A program made the position numbers and the translations under genes. A DNA stretch of 64,000 nucleotides from a virus, in the IMG/VR virus record IMGVR_UViG_3300037069_000769, positions 38,322 through 102,321 of that record, one strand, 5' to 3'. Within the stretch, counting starts at the first letter, position 1. Every line of letters begins with the position of its first letter. This document shows positions 49,362 to 58,905 of this stretch, piece after piece. The notes under the pieces are model-generated. The model saw only the letters and a program-made list of their open reading frames with translations. It had not been told where the DNA came from and did not search any database.

Positions 49362-49938
49362 CGATCACCCTAGCAAGCATCCTCTTACTGCGAAGGTGTA
49401 TGAGTATATTTGTAATGGGCATTTGCCTGCTACGAATGCTCCAAGACTTCGCGGAGCAACTGATGAGGAGATTGCTGCTGCTTTTCCGGACGTGGCCCAT
49501 AATAATGTGCGATGGGCTCGTTGGAGTATGACCAAGAACGGATACATCCTTGATTCGGGAATCCGTAGGGCCAAGTTGAAGAATCGCGGGCAGGCAAAAG
49601 TTTGGGTAAAGGCTGATGTGCCTGAGAAGAAGCGAGGCCGAGGTGTAATCAAGCCTCAGTCGATCTTCAATGAGATGTTGGGCATCATCCTGATGTATCC
49701 GCAAAGTGAGTGGCCTCTTCTGCTGGAGCAGTTAGCCTCTGACTTCAAATTGAACTTTGATATGGATGATTTCAGGAAGAGGCTACAAAGTGTTGGAGGC
49801 ATTCAAACTAGCGGAGACTTTGAAGTCCGCTCCGTCAGTTCCGGAGGCGGAGGTGAGATCATCCTCATCGACCCCCGTAACTCTGAAGGATCGCGAAGCT
49901 CCCAAGATGCTGGAGATCAAGAACCCAGCTCTGCTTAA
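49294..49938 (+). CDS. hypothetical protein
   Basis: GGAG RBS before GTG; HTH-like GATDEEIA...RW. Confidence 0.5.
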   Translation: MKPSEKIRQMVQQARDSGEVVPDDHPSKHPLTAKVYEYICNGHLPATNAPRLRGATDEEIAAAFPDVAHNNVRWARWSMTKNGYILDSGIRRAKLKNRGQAKVWVKADVPEKKRGRGVIKPQSIFNEMLGIILMYPQSEWPLLLEQLASDFKLNFDMDDFRKRLQSVGGIQTSGDFEVRSVSSGGGGEIILIDPRNSEGSRSSQDAGDQEPSSA

Positions 49939-50890
49939 CGTTACGAAAGCAGTTAATGCTTGGGTTGATTCGTGGCCCAACCAGAACTCCTACACAGATT
50001 TCCTTCGAGCATCATCTCTGCATGGGGTGTGTCCGAGGGAGTTTGTGTTTAATTATTGGCAACCGAAGGCTAATCGCAGTTTCGACGCTAAGTCCCGTGT
50101 TCTCATGTCTATCGGGACTCATTTGCACTCATTGAAGCAGAACCAGGTTCTTGGACCCTTGGGCATTCTATGGGGCACTTGGAAGTACGTGGGCAGCTCT
50201 GAGGCTTTGAAGACCCACGAAGGGTTCCATCCTGACCCTGATGAAGCTGTATGGGCGATGGTACATGAGAAGGAGCAGAAGTGGGAGTATGTTGAGCCCG
50301 AGGTGTGGGATGAGAAGTATAGAATCAAAGGGCACATTGACGGGTTGATTGATGTTGGTAGGTTAGAGTGGTTGAATTCCAATCTGCCTCTGCTGAAGAA
50401 AGACCCGATTTCAACTTGCAAACGTTTGCACGCGATGGCTCCTACACAGCGAATGCTGTTTGAATTGAAGACAACTGGTAGTTTTGTCTTTGACAAGTTG
50501 GTAGCACCCAAAGACATTGCTGACTACTACCAGATGCAGGCGTGTATCTACCAGAGATTGATGGGCGTGTCTCATACTCTGTTCTGGTATGTGAATCGAG
50601 ATACTGCGGCGTCCAAGTTGTTGTTGTACGCTTACGATGCTGGCTGGTGGCGGGATGCTACAAGAAAGGCTAGGATCATTTGGGAGAGTATTAGAGATGA
50701 AGTCCTGCCGGAGGCATTGATGCCCTGTCACTCTCCAACTGATAAGCGTGCTAAGGAATGTGTGCACTGTCCAGTGTGCTTCGGGAAGTTGGACTTTAAG
50801 AAGTACGTTGAGTCGGGTAAGGAGAGAGCTGCTAAGGAAGGTCGAAAGTTGCTCGATTTGCGAGGGATTAGTTTTGAAACGCCTGCGTGA
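49757..50890 (+). CDS. Cas4-like PD-(D/E)xK exonuclease
   Basis: CPR, GTHLH, GHIDG, ELKT, QACIY, C-terminal C...CVHC; start uncertain. Confidence 0.8.
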   Translation: MIWMISGRGYKVLEAFKLAETLKSAPSVPEAEVRSSSSTPVTLKDREAPKMLEIKNPALLNVTKAVNAWVDSWPNQNSYTDFLRASSLHGVCPREFVFNYWQPKANRSFDAKSRVLMSIGTHLHSLKQNQVLGPLGILWGTWKYVGSSEALKTHEGFHPDPDEAVWAMVHEKEQKWEYVEPEVWDEKYRIKGHIDGLIDVGRLEWLNSNLPLLKKDPISTCKRLHAMAPTQRMLFELKTTGSFVFDKLVAPKDIADYYQMQACIYQRLMGVSHTLFWYVNRDTAASKLLLYAYDAGWWRDATRKARIIWESIRDEVLPEALMPCHSPTDKRAKECVHCPVCFGKLDFKKYVESGKERAAKEGRKLLDLRGISFETPA

Positions 50891-51341
50891 TATAATCGAT
50901 CAGATAGAAGACACCGTTAAGGTGTTGCGGTCGTTTTATCTCTACGCCAGCATTAAACCTCAAGCTAAGCAGTCAGTGGCGTTTGGGAAAGGGCATGGGT
51001 TTACTCCACCCAAAAAGCGGGCCTACTTGAAGAATTTGGGTAAGAAGTTGGCAGAAAGTTACCCCACTCAAATGAAGGTATGTGGGCTCGTTCGTCTGAC
51101 TGTCCTGCTTTCGTTTCCTTGGCGAGAGACCGATTGTAAGAGTTTGCTGTGGGCGTTAATGGAAGAATCGCCTGATGTTGATAATCTCTACAAGCCTGTT
51201 GCTGATAGCTTGCAGGAGATATGCTTGAAGAATGACTCTCAAGTAGTGTCAATTCGGGTGCAGAAGATTAGGTCCGAGGATGTCGGAATTCTAGTCAAAG
51301 TCGAGGAAGTTATGGCAAATAGAGCAATTCAGCTAGGTTAG
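50748..51341 (+). CDS. RusA-like Holliday junction resolvase
   Basis: PDVDNLYKPVADSL...NDSQVV; true start probably near 50874. Confidence 0.8.
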   Translation: MLRNVCTVQCASGSWTLRSTLSRVRRELLRKVESCSICEGLVLKRLRDIIDQIEDTVKVLRSFYLYASIKPQAKQSVAFGKGHGFTPPKKRAYLKNLGKKLAESYPTQMKVCGLVRLTVLLSFPWRETDCKSLLWALMEESPDVDNLYKPVADSLQEICLKNDSQVVSIRVQKIRSEDVGILVKVEEVMANRAIQLG

Positions 51342-51473
51342 GAAGACCTCTGTAAAGTGCCCTCCAGAGCGTGCGTTCAAAATTTCCGACTCACGTATCG
51401 CCAAACTTAGTCGTGCTGCTAGCGTGATCCCAGAGAATTTCGACAAATTTTATGGAATTTTGTCGGATTCCTC

Positions 51474-51502
51474 TTGACAACGATTTGTGCGTATGCTACT
51501 AT
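51474..51502 (+). promoter_or_regulatory. sigma70-like promoter
   Basis: TTGACA-17 nt-TACTAT. Confidence 0.6.
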
Positions 51503-51649
51503 CGGATCATTGTTCGAGGTCTCAGGTTGAACCTCGTAGCCGGACACGCCTACCAGATAGTTTTTCAGAGAGAGTGTTGAAGATGCTTGGTGCAATTGGT
51601 GTGAGTGCAAACGGTTTGCAAAATTCGTTATAAATCGGGGCGAAATTCC

Positions 51650-51678
51650 TTGACTTTCTGACCCGGAAATGCGATACT
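51650..51678 (+). promoter_or_regulatory. repeated promoter (TTGACW-N17-GATAHT class)
   Basis: TTGACT-17 nt-GATACT preceded by TGC. Confidence 0.7.
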
Positions 51679-51725
51679 TAACTTATCAAACGTAATGTAT
51701 CGCAACCCCAGAAAGGAAGGAAAAC

Positions 51726-51929
51726 ATGCCAGCCGACAACTTGCGAATCGGAACTTACAAGGGTCAGCCTATGGTAGTCTTCGGACCGGCTGACGACAAG
51801 TTCCCCTTCCAATTCCAGAAGGGGAAGGCCGCGAAGATCGTTGAGGCGATTGCTGCTCATGGGTTGCATCAGGTGCTGGAGTCGATCTACACGGTCGCTG
51901 GGGTGCCGATGCCGTCCGATCTGTGCTAA
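51726..51929 (+). CDS. hypothetical protein
   Basis: AAGGAAGG RBS; YKGQP...FPFQFQKGKA. Confidence 0.7.
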   Translation: MPADNLRIGTYKGQPMVVFGPADDKFPFQFQKGKAAKIVEAIAAHGLHQVLESIYTVAGVPMPSDLC

Positions 51930-51991
51930 GGGATTTGCAAACGTTTGCAAGTCGTACTTTCAACCAACTGTAGCTGTTAGGAGAGTGTGTC

Positions 51992-53026
51992 ATGGCCAAG
52001 AAAACGAAAAGTTCGTCCGGCGTGGTGCCGGCTGACAAGACCCTGCCCGCAACGGGCGAAACGAAGGAAGCGAGTACGAAGATGAGTGACGAAGTGACCA
52101 CTACCCCTGCTCCCGAAGTGGCCGGCGAGGCCGAAGTGCTGACTCCGGAAGCTGAAACGAAGATCATCACGACCGGCAAGGCGACCGATCTGCTCGCCGA
52201 AGGTGGTGGGGTGTTTCTCCCGTCGGCCCTGAAGGGCGTGACCGATTTGGCCCAGCGTCAGGAGATGACCCGCCAGTACATCAAGCAGGCGGCTCAGGTC
52301 AGCGATCGGCTGAACCTCGTGGCCGGCGAGCTGCTGTTCGAGTGTGCCAAGAACGCCTACTGGAAGGAGTGGGAGTTCACCGACGAGAAGGGCGAGACCC
52401 GCAAGTACGCCAAGTTCGAGGAGTACTGCGATCACGAGTTCTCGCTCGGCTACCGGAAGGCCATGTACCTGATCTCGATGTACGAGAAGTTCATCGTCGA
52501 GCTGGACCTGCCCATCGACGTGCTCGGAGGTCTCGACTGGTCGAAGGCCAAGGAACTGGTGCCGGTCATCACGAAGGAGAATGCGGCAGACCTGCTCGAC
52601 AAGGCCAGCCACATGACCTTCAAGCAGGTGCAGGAACTGGCGAAGTCGATGAAGGCCGCGGCGAAGACCGGCACTGCCGGTGCTGCGACCGGAGCGTCCG
52701 AGCCCGCCGAGGTGAAGGAGAAGATCGCTTTCACGGTCCCGAAGGAGAAGGCCGAGACGATCCGTGCGGCACTCGCTCTGGCCGAAAGCCTGTCCGGGTC
52801 CGCTGATCCGGGAAGTCAGCTCGATTTCATCTGCTCCGACTTTACGGCCTCTTCCAGCGGCATGGGCACCGATGGTGCTCTCTCCAAGCTCGATGTCATC
52901 ATCAAGAACATCGAGCGGACGTTCCACGTCAAGCTGGAGATCACCAGTGTCGATGCCGATCACTACAAGACGGCTGCGGCTCCCGAAGTCCCCGCCGAGG
53001 GCGAAGTGCTCACTCCCGGTGCGTAG
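51992..53026 (+). CDS. putative DNA-binding protein (DUF3102-like core), strong codon bias
   Basis: GELLFECAK..YW...FEEYCDHEFSLGYRKAMYLI...LDWSKAKEL; mostly G/C-ending codons; long antisense shadow ORF. Confidence 0.6.
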   Translation: MAKKTKSSSGVVPADKTLPATGETKEASTKMSDEVTTTPAPEVAGEAEVLTPEAETKIITTGKATDLLAEGGGVFLPSALKGVTDLAQRQEMTRQYIKQAAQVSDRLNLVAGELLFECAKNAYWKEWEFTDEKGETRKYAKFEEYCDHEFSLGYRKAMYLISMYEKFIVELDLPIDVLGGLDWSKAKELVPVITKENAADLLDKASHMTFKQVQELAKSMKAAAKTGTAGAATGASEPAEVKEKIAFTVPKEKAETIRAALALAESLSGSADPGSQLDFICSDFTASSSGMGTDGALSKLDVIIKNIERTFHVKLEITSVDADHYKTAAAPEVPAEGEVLTPGA

Positions 53027-53073
53027 TCTCCGGGCCTGAGTGAGGAACATTCCTTGCAAGGGGTTGCAGGAAG

Positions 53074-53114
53074 ATGGGGAGTGGGGATTCGTTCCCTGCT
53101 CCCCATTCCTGTTT
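53074..53114 (+). terminator. GC-rich hairpin with TTCG loop
   Basis: ATGGGGAG...TTCG...CTCCCCAT then CCTGTTTT. Confidence 0.65.
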
Positions 53115-53144
53115 TGCAAACGTTTGCAAATTTGGAGAAATCTA

Positions 53145-53627
53145 ATGAGAGTGCTAACTCTCCAAGCGATGAAGAAGTTCGTCAAGTTCCCCGCTTACCT
53201 GTACACCAAGGATAAGTTGCAGCACTGGTGTGACCGGCTCACCTTGGACGAAGATGGTAAGGTTCTGCGAAGTCGGTATGCTTTGACCGGCAATGTGTCC
53301 TGCATGTGCCAGCAGTTCGCGGAGAACTTCAATACTACCCGAACCTGCTTGCACTTGCAACTGTTGACCGGGAAGTTTCCGGACGTGCTGGGCATCAGTC
53401 GAGTTGAAGCCATCGACGAGTGGACAAAGTTGATTGCGGGATTGCGGGGAGAGCACCCCGATTTGGTACAGACTATTGACGGAGAGATGGCTGAGATAAA
53501 TGTCCCTGACATCGTTGAGGCTATTTTTGTCCGGATTGCCTCGCAAGCTAAAGACTTCGACAGGTTGATCTATCGAGCTGAAGCTGAGTCGGGCAGTTCG
53601 TATTGGGTGTGCCTCATTTCTTCGTAA
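53145..53627 (+). CDS. SWIM zinc-finger protein
   Basis: SCMC..F......TCLH; GGAG RBS. Confidence 0.6.
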   Translation: MRVLTLQAMKKFVKFPAYLYTKDKLQHWCDRLTLDEDGKVLRSRYALTGNVSCMCQQFAENFNTTRTCLHLQLLTGKFPDVLGISRVEAIDEWTKLIAGLRGEHPDLVQTIDGEMAEINVPDIVEAIFVRIASQAKDFDRLIYRAEAESGSSYWVCLISS

Positions 53628-53634
53628 ATCTCTC

Positions 53635-53663
53635 TTGACTTTTTGTCGCCGATGTGCGATAAT
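53635..53663 (+). promoter_or_regulatory. repeated promoter
   Basis: TTGACT-17 nt-GATAAT. Confidence 0.75.
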
Positions 53664-53718
53664 ACTCCTACAAACGTCGGGTTCGGAAACGATTTTCGTA
53701 AGAAAGGATTAGGAGTAG

Positions 53719-55239
53719 ATGGCTGCAACCCCAATTAAGATGAACAAGGTGGTGGAGCTTTATATCCGGACGGGAGAGAGAACGTTCAAAGCCTTCCGCC
53801 TGATCGCATGGAAGTGCCGGGCATCTGCCGACTTGGAGGTCTTGTCTGTTGACGGAGACAAGGTCACAAAGGTCTCCTGCTCATGTGTGAAGTTCAAGGC
53901 CGAAAGTAAGTGCGATCACTCTGCTGCCCTGATCGGAGGTGTGTCTTATGCGGCCACGTCTCACGATGGGTGGAGTGAGATTGAGACTGTCGGCACGATG
54001 CGGGCCACCCTCAAGCGAACTGCCCTGATCGCTGACGATGTTCACGGTCTCGGAGTGCTGGCTGTTGTTCACCCGTCGCTGCCCGATCTGAACTTGGTGA
54101 ACTTTGGCTGGTTGATGTCGAACGCTGTGACTGAGGGCATTCGAGCCCAGACTGGCACCCTACGGCCTCAGCGGTTGTTTGACGAGAGCGTGCTGTCTGT
54201 TGAGAAGGGCTTTACGTTCGAGCATGCTGAGGTGACCGCCAAAGGTAAAGCCTGTACGGCGACTCAGTCCGAGGATGACGTTAAGCACATCATTACGGAG
54301 TTCGGGTTGTCTGAGTTCAAAGGATTTGCTCACGTCTCGGGAGGGATTCCGATGGGTGAGTCCTCTGAGCCCGAGCCTCCGGCCAGCAAGGCCCCGAGCA
54401 AAGCTAAGCCGTGGAACGACATCAAGCGTCCTGATCCCAGTACGTTCTACGTTGATCGGGATACGTGGACCCAGATGGTCTACGGTATGTTGAACGGCAA
54501 GAACATTCTGCTGACCGGACCGTCGGGGTCTGGAAAATCTGAGTTGTGTTATCAGGTGGCTGCTGCCTGCGGTCGCAAGCTGGAAGCGTTCAACATGGGG
54601 GCCATGAGTGAGCCTCGCACCAGCCTGATCGGTAACACTCACTTCGACCGAGAGAAGGGGACATGGTTTGCTATGTCCCGGTTTGCCCGAGGTGTGCAGA
54701 CGCCTAACGGAGTAATCTTGTTGGACGAGATGACCCGCTCTGATCGTGGAGCGTTCAACATTCTGCTGCCGCTGCTGGACCGTCAGGGCTATTTGGCTCT
54801 CGATGAATCCGAGGATGCGACAGTGATTCGCAAGGCTGAGGGTGTGTGCTTCCTCGTTACTGCGAATATCGGTATGGAGTACACTGGCACTGAAGCGATG
54901 GACAAGGCGGTGCTGGATCGCAATGCCATCGTGATTGACATGCAGTTTCCGCCTGCCGCCAGCGAAGTGCAGGTCTTGCTGGGTCGATGTCACGGTCTCT
55001 CCAACTTGCTCGCGAAGCGGTTGGTGGACTTGGCCGAGAGCCAGCGGCAACTGTGGCGTTCAGGAGACATGCAAACGGCGATCAGCACCCGAATGCTCAT
55101 TGAGGCTGGTGAGCAGATTTCGCGGGGAATGGACTTCAAGTTGGCCTGTAGGTTCTGTGTCGAGAATCACTTCTCCAACGAGGGTGATGACGACTCGGAG
55201 CGAACCAAGGTCAAGCAGCTTGTTCAGAAGGGCGGCTGA
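53719..55239 (+). CDS. MoxR/CbbQ-type AAA+ ATPase with N-terminal SWIM finger
   Basis: CSC..F.....CDH; GPSGSGKS, LLDEMTR, TANIG.EY.GT..MD.A..DR, ISTR. Confidence 0.9.
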   Translation: MAATPIKMNKVVELYIRTGERTFKAFRLIAWKCRASADLEVLSVDGDKVTKVSCSCVKFKAESKCDHSAALIGGVSYAATSHDGWSEIETVGTMRATLKRTALIADDVHGLGVLAVVHPSLPDLNLVNFGWLMSNAVTEGIRAQTGTLRPQRLFDESVLSVEKGFTFEHAEVTAKGKACTATQSEDDVKHIITEFGLSEFKGFAHVSGGIPMGESSEPEPPASKAPSKAKPWNDIKRPDPSTFYVDRDTWTQMVYGMLNGKNILLTGPSGSGKSELCYQVAAACGRKLEAFNMGAMSEPRTSLIGNTHFDREKGTWFAMSRFARGVQTPNGVILLDEMTRSDRGAFNILLPLLDRQGYLALDESEDATVIRKAEGVCFLVTANIGMEYTGTEAMDKAVLDRNAIVIDMQFPPAASEVQVLLGRCHGLSNLLAKRLVDLAESQRQLWRSGDMQTAISTRMLIEAGEQISRGMDFKLACRFCVENHFSNEGDDDSERTKVKQLVQKGG

Positions 55240-55368
55240 TCGGCTACGTTTGCAAACGTTTGCAAATGTTCGTGATCGCATATCTGATTGGAATGATTGT
55301 GCTTGCAGGATTGTGGGCAGTTCTTGGAGTGCGGATCAGAAAACTCTAAAAAACGCTCGCAACTTCTA

Positions 55369-55397
55369 TTGACAATCAGAGTACAGCTTGCGATAAT
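55369..55397 (+). promoter_or_regulatory. repeated promoter
   Basis: TTGACA-17 nt-GATAAT. Confidence 0.75.
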
Positions 55398-55439
55398 ATA
55401 TCGGTAGTCGATTCCCGCAACCCCGCAGGAGCAGGTATT

Positions 55440-58226
55440 ATGTCGTCGTGGTTCACTGAGGTTCGAGCAGTCCTGCTGGATGATTATCATCTGAAGTGGG
55501 ACAAGCTTGCCACGAAGGAGCGGGCTTATCTCGCCAAGCTTCGATCTGAGGGTTACTCTCCGTACGATGCGGCTCACAAGCTGTTCATGTCGGAAGAAGT
55601 TCTCGTTGAGGACGAAGCGAAACTTATCAGCGAGTTGACCGAAGAGTACGCTGTGATCTCCGAGTCTGACGAGGAGACAGGGTACATTGGCGATCTGTTG
55701 GGTCGGCTGTCAAAGTACGAGGGCAGCGATACTAAAACCTTGTCCTCTGCGTGGACTCGGGGCAGGTCTAAGAAGAAGGAGCCGCGAGGTATCGTTCTTG
55801 ATCTCATTAAGATCAAGAACGGTGTCCGCAGTCTGTTGCGGGCTCACGGCGTCCCGAAGAACCTCAAGTTGGAGCTTGCCAACATTACGGCAGGTGCCAG
55901 CGGCATGGCCGGATTCCATGACATTGGGACTTGGCGAAGGCCGTTCATCTTCCTTGACACGAAGGTGTACGACTCTTGCGATGCCCGCGAAGTGTACGAT
56001 GTGTACTGCGGGATCGGGCTGCATGAGGCCAGCCATATCAAGCATACCCGAACAATGTATGAGCGGTTAAAGTCCGGAAAGTTGGACAGTACTACCCGCC
56101 GTGCAATGTGGGAAGGCTTGTTCGAGGACGAGCGGATTGAGGAGTTGGTTCGACAGGAATCGCCCGGTTATGCTGGGTATCTCCAGATCATGCGTCGGGC
56201 CTTGTTTGAGAAGAAGGCGTTTGGTTGTGCCATGCGTAAATGGCATAACAAGATGACTGACCTTGACCGAGTGTGTTTGCTGATCTTCGGCCTCATTCGG
56301 TGTCCCTACCTGCTCAGCCCTGAGATGAAGGAATGGCGGACTCTCAAAGGTGAGTGTGTTTTCGAGAGTCTAAAGAAGTTGTTCCCGACGATCCCCGAAT
56401 CCGAAAGGATCGTGGAGATTTACGGTGAGCGACTGGAGAAATTCTGGACTCGCCTCCAAGCTGAATACAAGGAGCTGGCTAAGGCCCGTAAGGAGGAACT
56501 CGATAAGCTTCGGGGGAAGGACAAGCCTGCGAAGGATGACAAATCCGGGGAGTCTGCTGAAGGCACCCTAGTACCTACTGACACAGGGGAGACTGCTGAT
56601 GGACGAGTCAGCGATTCGGATGGTGGGATCAAAGGCGACAGTTCGGGAGCTGACTCCGGAGACGGAAGTTCTAGTGGTGACGACAGTGAACGGGGAGCCT
56701 CATCTGATTCCGACGAATCAGAAGAACTTGGAGATAGTGTTGGAGAGGGCGAAGATGATGCAGACGAGACCTCTGAACGAGCGGCCGAGAGAGTTGATCG
56801 AGGCGGAGTACGCGAAGGCTGTGAGACAGCCGGAAGTGACGTTGGCGACACAGGGGAGAGAGAACCGGAAGGATCGCTTGGCGAAGAAGGCGAGACTGAA
56901 GCGGGAGAGTTCGAGGAAACTCTCGAAGGCAGCCCGTCGGATGAAGAAGATGGTGAAGTAGACGATGAGCTTGAGCGGTTGAGAATGCAACTCGATGCCG
57001 ATGAGCGGGACGCTGAATTCTCTCGCCTTGCTGGTGAGTTGCATTCGATCATCAAGACGGCTGGGGATCGAGCTGCACGTCGAGCTTCTATGGATTTAAC
57101 GGAGGCCATGAAGGGCGGCAAAACCCTTAAAGACCTCTTCCCCGAAGTAGGGGTAGGTGGCGATGCCCGAGAAGCCTTGGAGAGAGCCTTCTCTGACCGC
57201 GAGGATGAGGGTAGATTCTCCATCGAAGATATTCGGCACATGATGGAGGTATTGGACGTAGTTACTGACTCGCTTGATGCTGAAGAAAGTACCGAGCTTG
57301 AGAAGGTGACGAAAGAGCGGATCGAATTCGGGGACGAGTGGTCTGCTGATGAGCGTCGAAAGTCCGAAGGTAGTCGATCTCACGCCGAGAAGCTTGACCG
57401 CAGAACTGTTATCATCCATCCGCAAGTGACTCAGTATGAGAAAGATAAGTATAATGCCTATCTCGACAAAGTTCGAGGTCAGGTCATGCGGATGCGGGGT
57501 GTTTTCCGTCTGAGATTGGGTAAGCGTCTCTACCAAGAGAATGAGCGGATCGAGGGCCGTCTCCATCGTCGGAAACTCAGTCAGATTATGAGTACCGATC
57601 GAGTGTTCTTCCAGCGTAATGAGAAGCATGCTCACGGGTTGGCCATCTGTTTGCTGCTCGATGAGTCAGGGTCGATGGGTAATGCCGGGCCGCACCCCAG
57701 TCGCAGCCCCAACCGAGCCCAGATTGCTCTCGAAGTAGCTATCCTGATCTCCGAGGCTCTTAAGGGACTTCCGGGTGTTGAGCTTGAGGTGTACAGCCAT
57801 GCAAGTTGCGGTGACTCTGACATGGACTGTCAGGTCAAGTATCTGTACGGTAAGAATAATCCCAAGTTGCAGGCTATAGCGGGCTTCGAGTCTGGGGCTC
57901 AGAATTACGATCATATGGCCCTGAAGACTGCTGGCGACCTGTTCATCGCTAACACTCAGAACACCAGCAGACTGATGATTGTCTTGTCCGACGGATCACC
58001 TTGCGGCTACATGTACGGTGGGGCAGTTGCCAACCGGCAGACTCGACAGGCCGTTCAGAATCTGGAGAAGCGTGGGGTCAAGGTGATGGGAGTAGCCATC
58101 CACGATTACAACGCATCCGCGATCTACGGGAAGAATACACTGAAGTTCCTTGACCTGTCTGACCTTATCAACCGCATGAGGCGGCTGGTGGTTCAGGTGA
58201 TTAAGCAGAATTCGTCGCTCGAATGA
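55440..58226 (+). CDS. CobT/NorD-like vWA protein with HExxH domain and long acidic linker
   Basis: HEASH...FEDERIE; D/E/S/G-rich linker; LLLDESGSM MIDAS, VLSDGSP. Confidence 0.88.
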   Translation: MSSWFTEVRAVLLDDYHLKWDKLATKERAYLAKLRSEGYSPYDAAHKLFMSEEVLVEDEAKLISELTEEYAVISESDEETGYIGDLLGRLSKYEGSDTKTLSSAWTRGRSKKKEPRGIVLDLIKIKNGVRSLLRAHGVPKNLKLELANITAGASGMAGFHDIGTWRRPFIFLDTKVYDSCDAREVYDVYCGIGLHEASHIKHTRTMYERLKSGKLDSTTRRAMWEGLFEDERIEELVRQESPGYAGYLQIMRRALFEKKAFGCAMRKWHNKMTDLDRVCLLIFGLIRCPYLLSPEMKEWRTLKGECVFESLKKLFPTIPESERIVEIYGERLEKFWTRLQAEYKELAKARKEELDKLRGKDKPAKDDKSGESAEGTLVPTDTGETADGRVSDSDGGIKGDSSGADSGDGSSSGDDSERGASSDSDESEELGDSVGEGEDDADETSERAAERVDRGGVREGCETAGSDVGDTGEREPEGSLGEEGETEAGEFEETLEGSPSDEEDGEVDDELERLRMQLDADERDAEFSRLAGELHSIIKTAGDRAARRASMDLTEAMKGGKTLKDLFPEVGVGGDAREALERAFSDREDEGRFSIEDIRHMMEVLDVVTDSLDAEESTELEKVTKERIEFGDEWSADERRKSEGSRSHAEKLDRRTVIIHPQVTQYEKDKYNAYLDKVRGQVMRMRGVFRLRLGKRLYQENERIEGRLHRRKLSQIMSTDRVFFQRNEKHAHGLAICLLLDESGSMGNAGPHPSRSPNRAQIALEVAILISEALKGLPGVELEVYSHASCGDSDMDCQVKYLYGKNNPKLQAIAGFESGAQNYDHMALKTAGDLFIANTQNTSRLMIVLSDGSPCGYMYGGAVANRQTRQAVQNLEKRGVKVMGVAIHDYNASAIYGKNTLKFLDLSDLINRMRRLVVQVIKQNSSLE

Positions 58227-58657
58227 CCAAGCGTGATGGACATCGACTGAGTGTGTGGATTCCAAAGGCAGACGAGTGGATGTTGCGGACTATGGACCGC
58301 CTTCGCAAGTCTGCCGAGGAAGCTGGTATCCCTGTCACTGAGGGAGAGTTGGTAAGATTGGCGTTGGAGGAGTACCTGCTGCCCAAAGCTTCAGATGGTG
58401 ATGTTGCAGAGTATGAAAGTAAGAGCAAGACTCCGCCTGCTCCCAAGGGGAACAAGCGGATGATTGTGTTCCGCAAGGAATTCGCCGAGGTACTTGCTAA
58501 ACTGGATCGGATCGTCCAGATGAAAACGCTCTCCGGAATATCCACCAGCTTTAGCTACGAAGTAGTGCGTCTAGTTCGTAACGCATTAACCCGTACCGTA
58601 ACGGGCTCCGATCTTGACCGATCAATCCTGAGTGATTCCAGTGCTGATAAACCTTGA
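58223..58657 (+). CDS. putative tandem ribbon-helix-helix protein
   Basis: RLSVWIP...ELVRLALEEY and RMIVF...EVVRLVR. Confidence 0.45.
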   Translation: MTKRDGHRLSVWIPKADEWMLRTMDRLRKSAEEAGIPVTEGELVRLALEEYLLPKASDGDVAEYESKSKTPPAPKGNKRMIVFRKEFAEVLAKLDRIVQMKTLSGISTSFSYEVVRLVRNALTRTVTGSDLDRSILSDSSADKP

Positions 58658-58905
58658 CCTGTTGTCCCATTTCTGTAACGTTATGACTGTTGTGCTGGGC
58701 TGTGATTGGATAGTCCATGCAGCAGTAACGAGAACCGGGGAGTACGCCAGAACCATGATTGGCGACTGCTTAGTTACTCTGCGGGTGCCTGCCGGAAGTC
58801 AGCATGGAGCTGCTTTCAAGGTGTGCTCCTCTGATGGGAATACCCTTGAAACCCTTGAGAAGACTTGGATGTCGGTGATGTCACAATCACCAGAAAGTTC
58901 CTCTG

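Noticed and set aside
49757-50890. Cas4-like gene as part of a CRISPR system
   Set aside because: No other cas genes or array; it sits among recombination genes as is usual for phage Cas4-like exonucleases
51977-53185. Long minus-strand ORFs (also 9943-10938, 19802-20686, 54160-55050, 56420-57241)
   Set aside because: Antisense shadows of codon-biased + strand genes; no recognisable motifs
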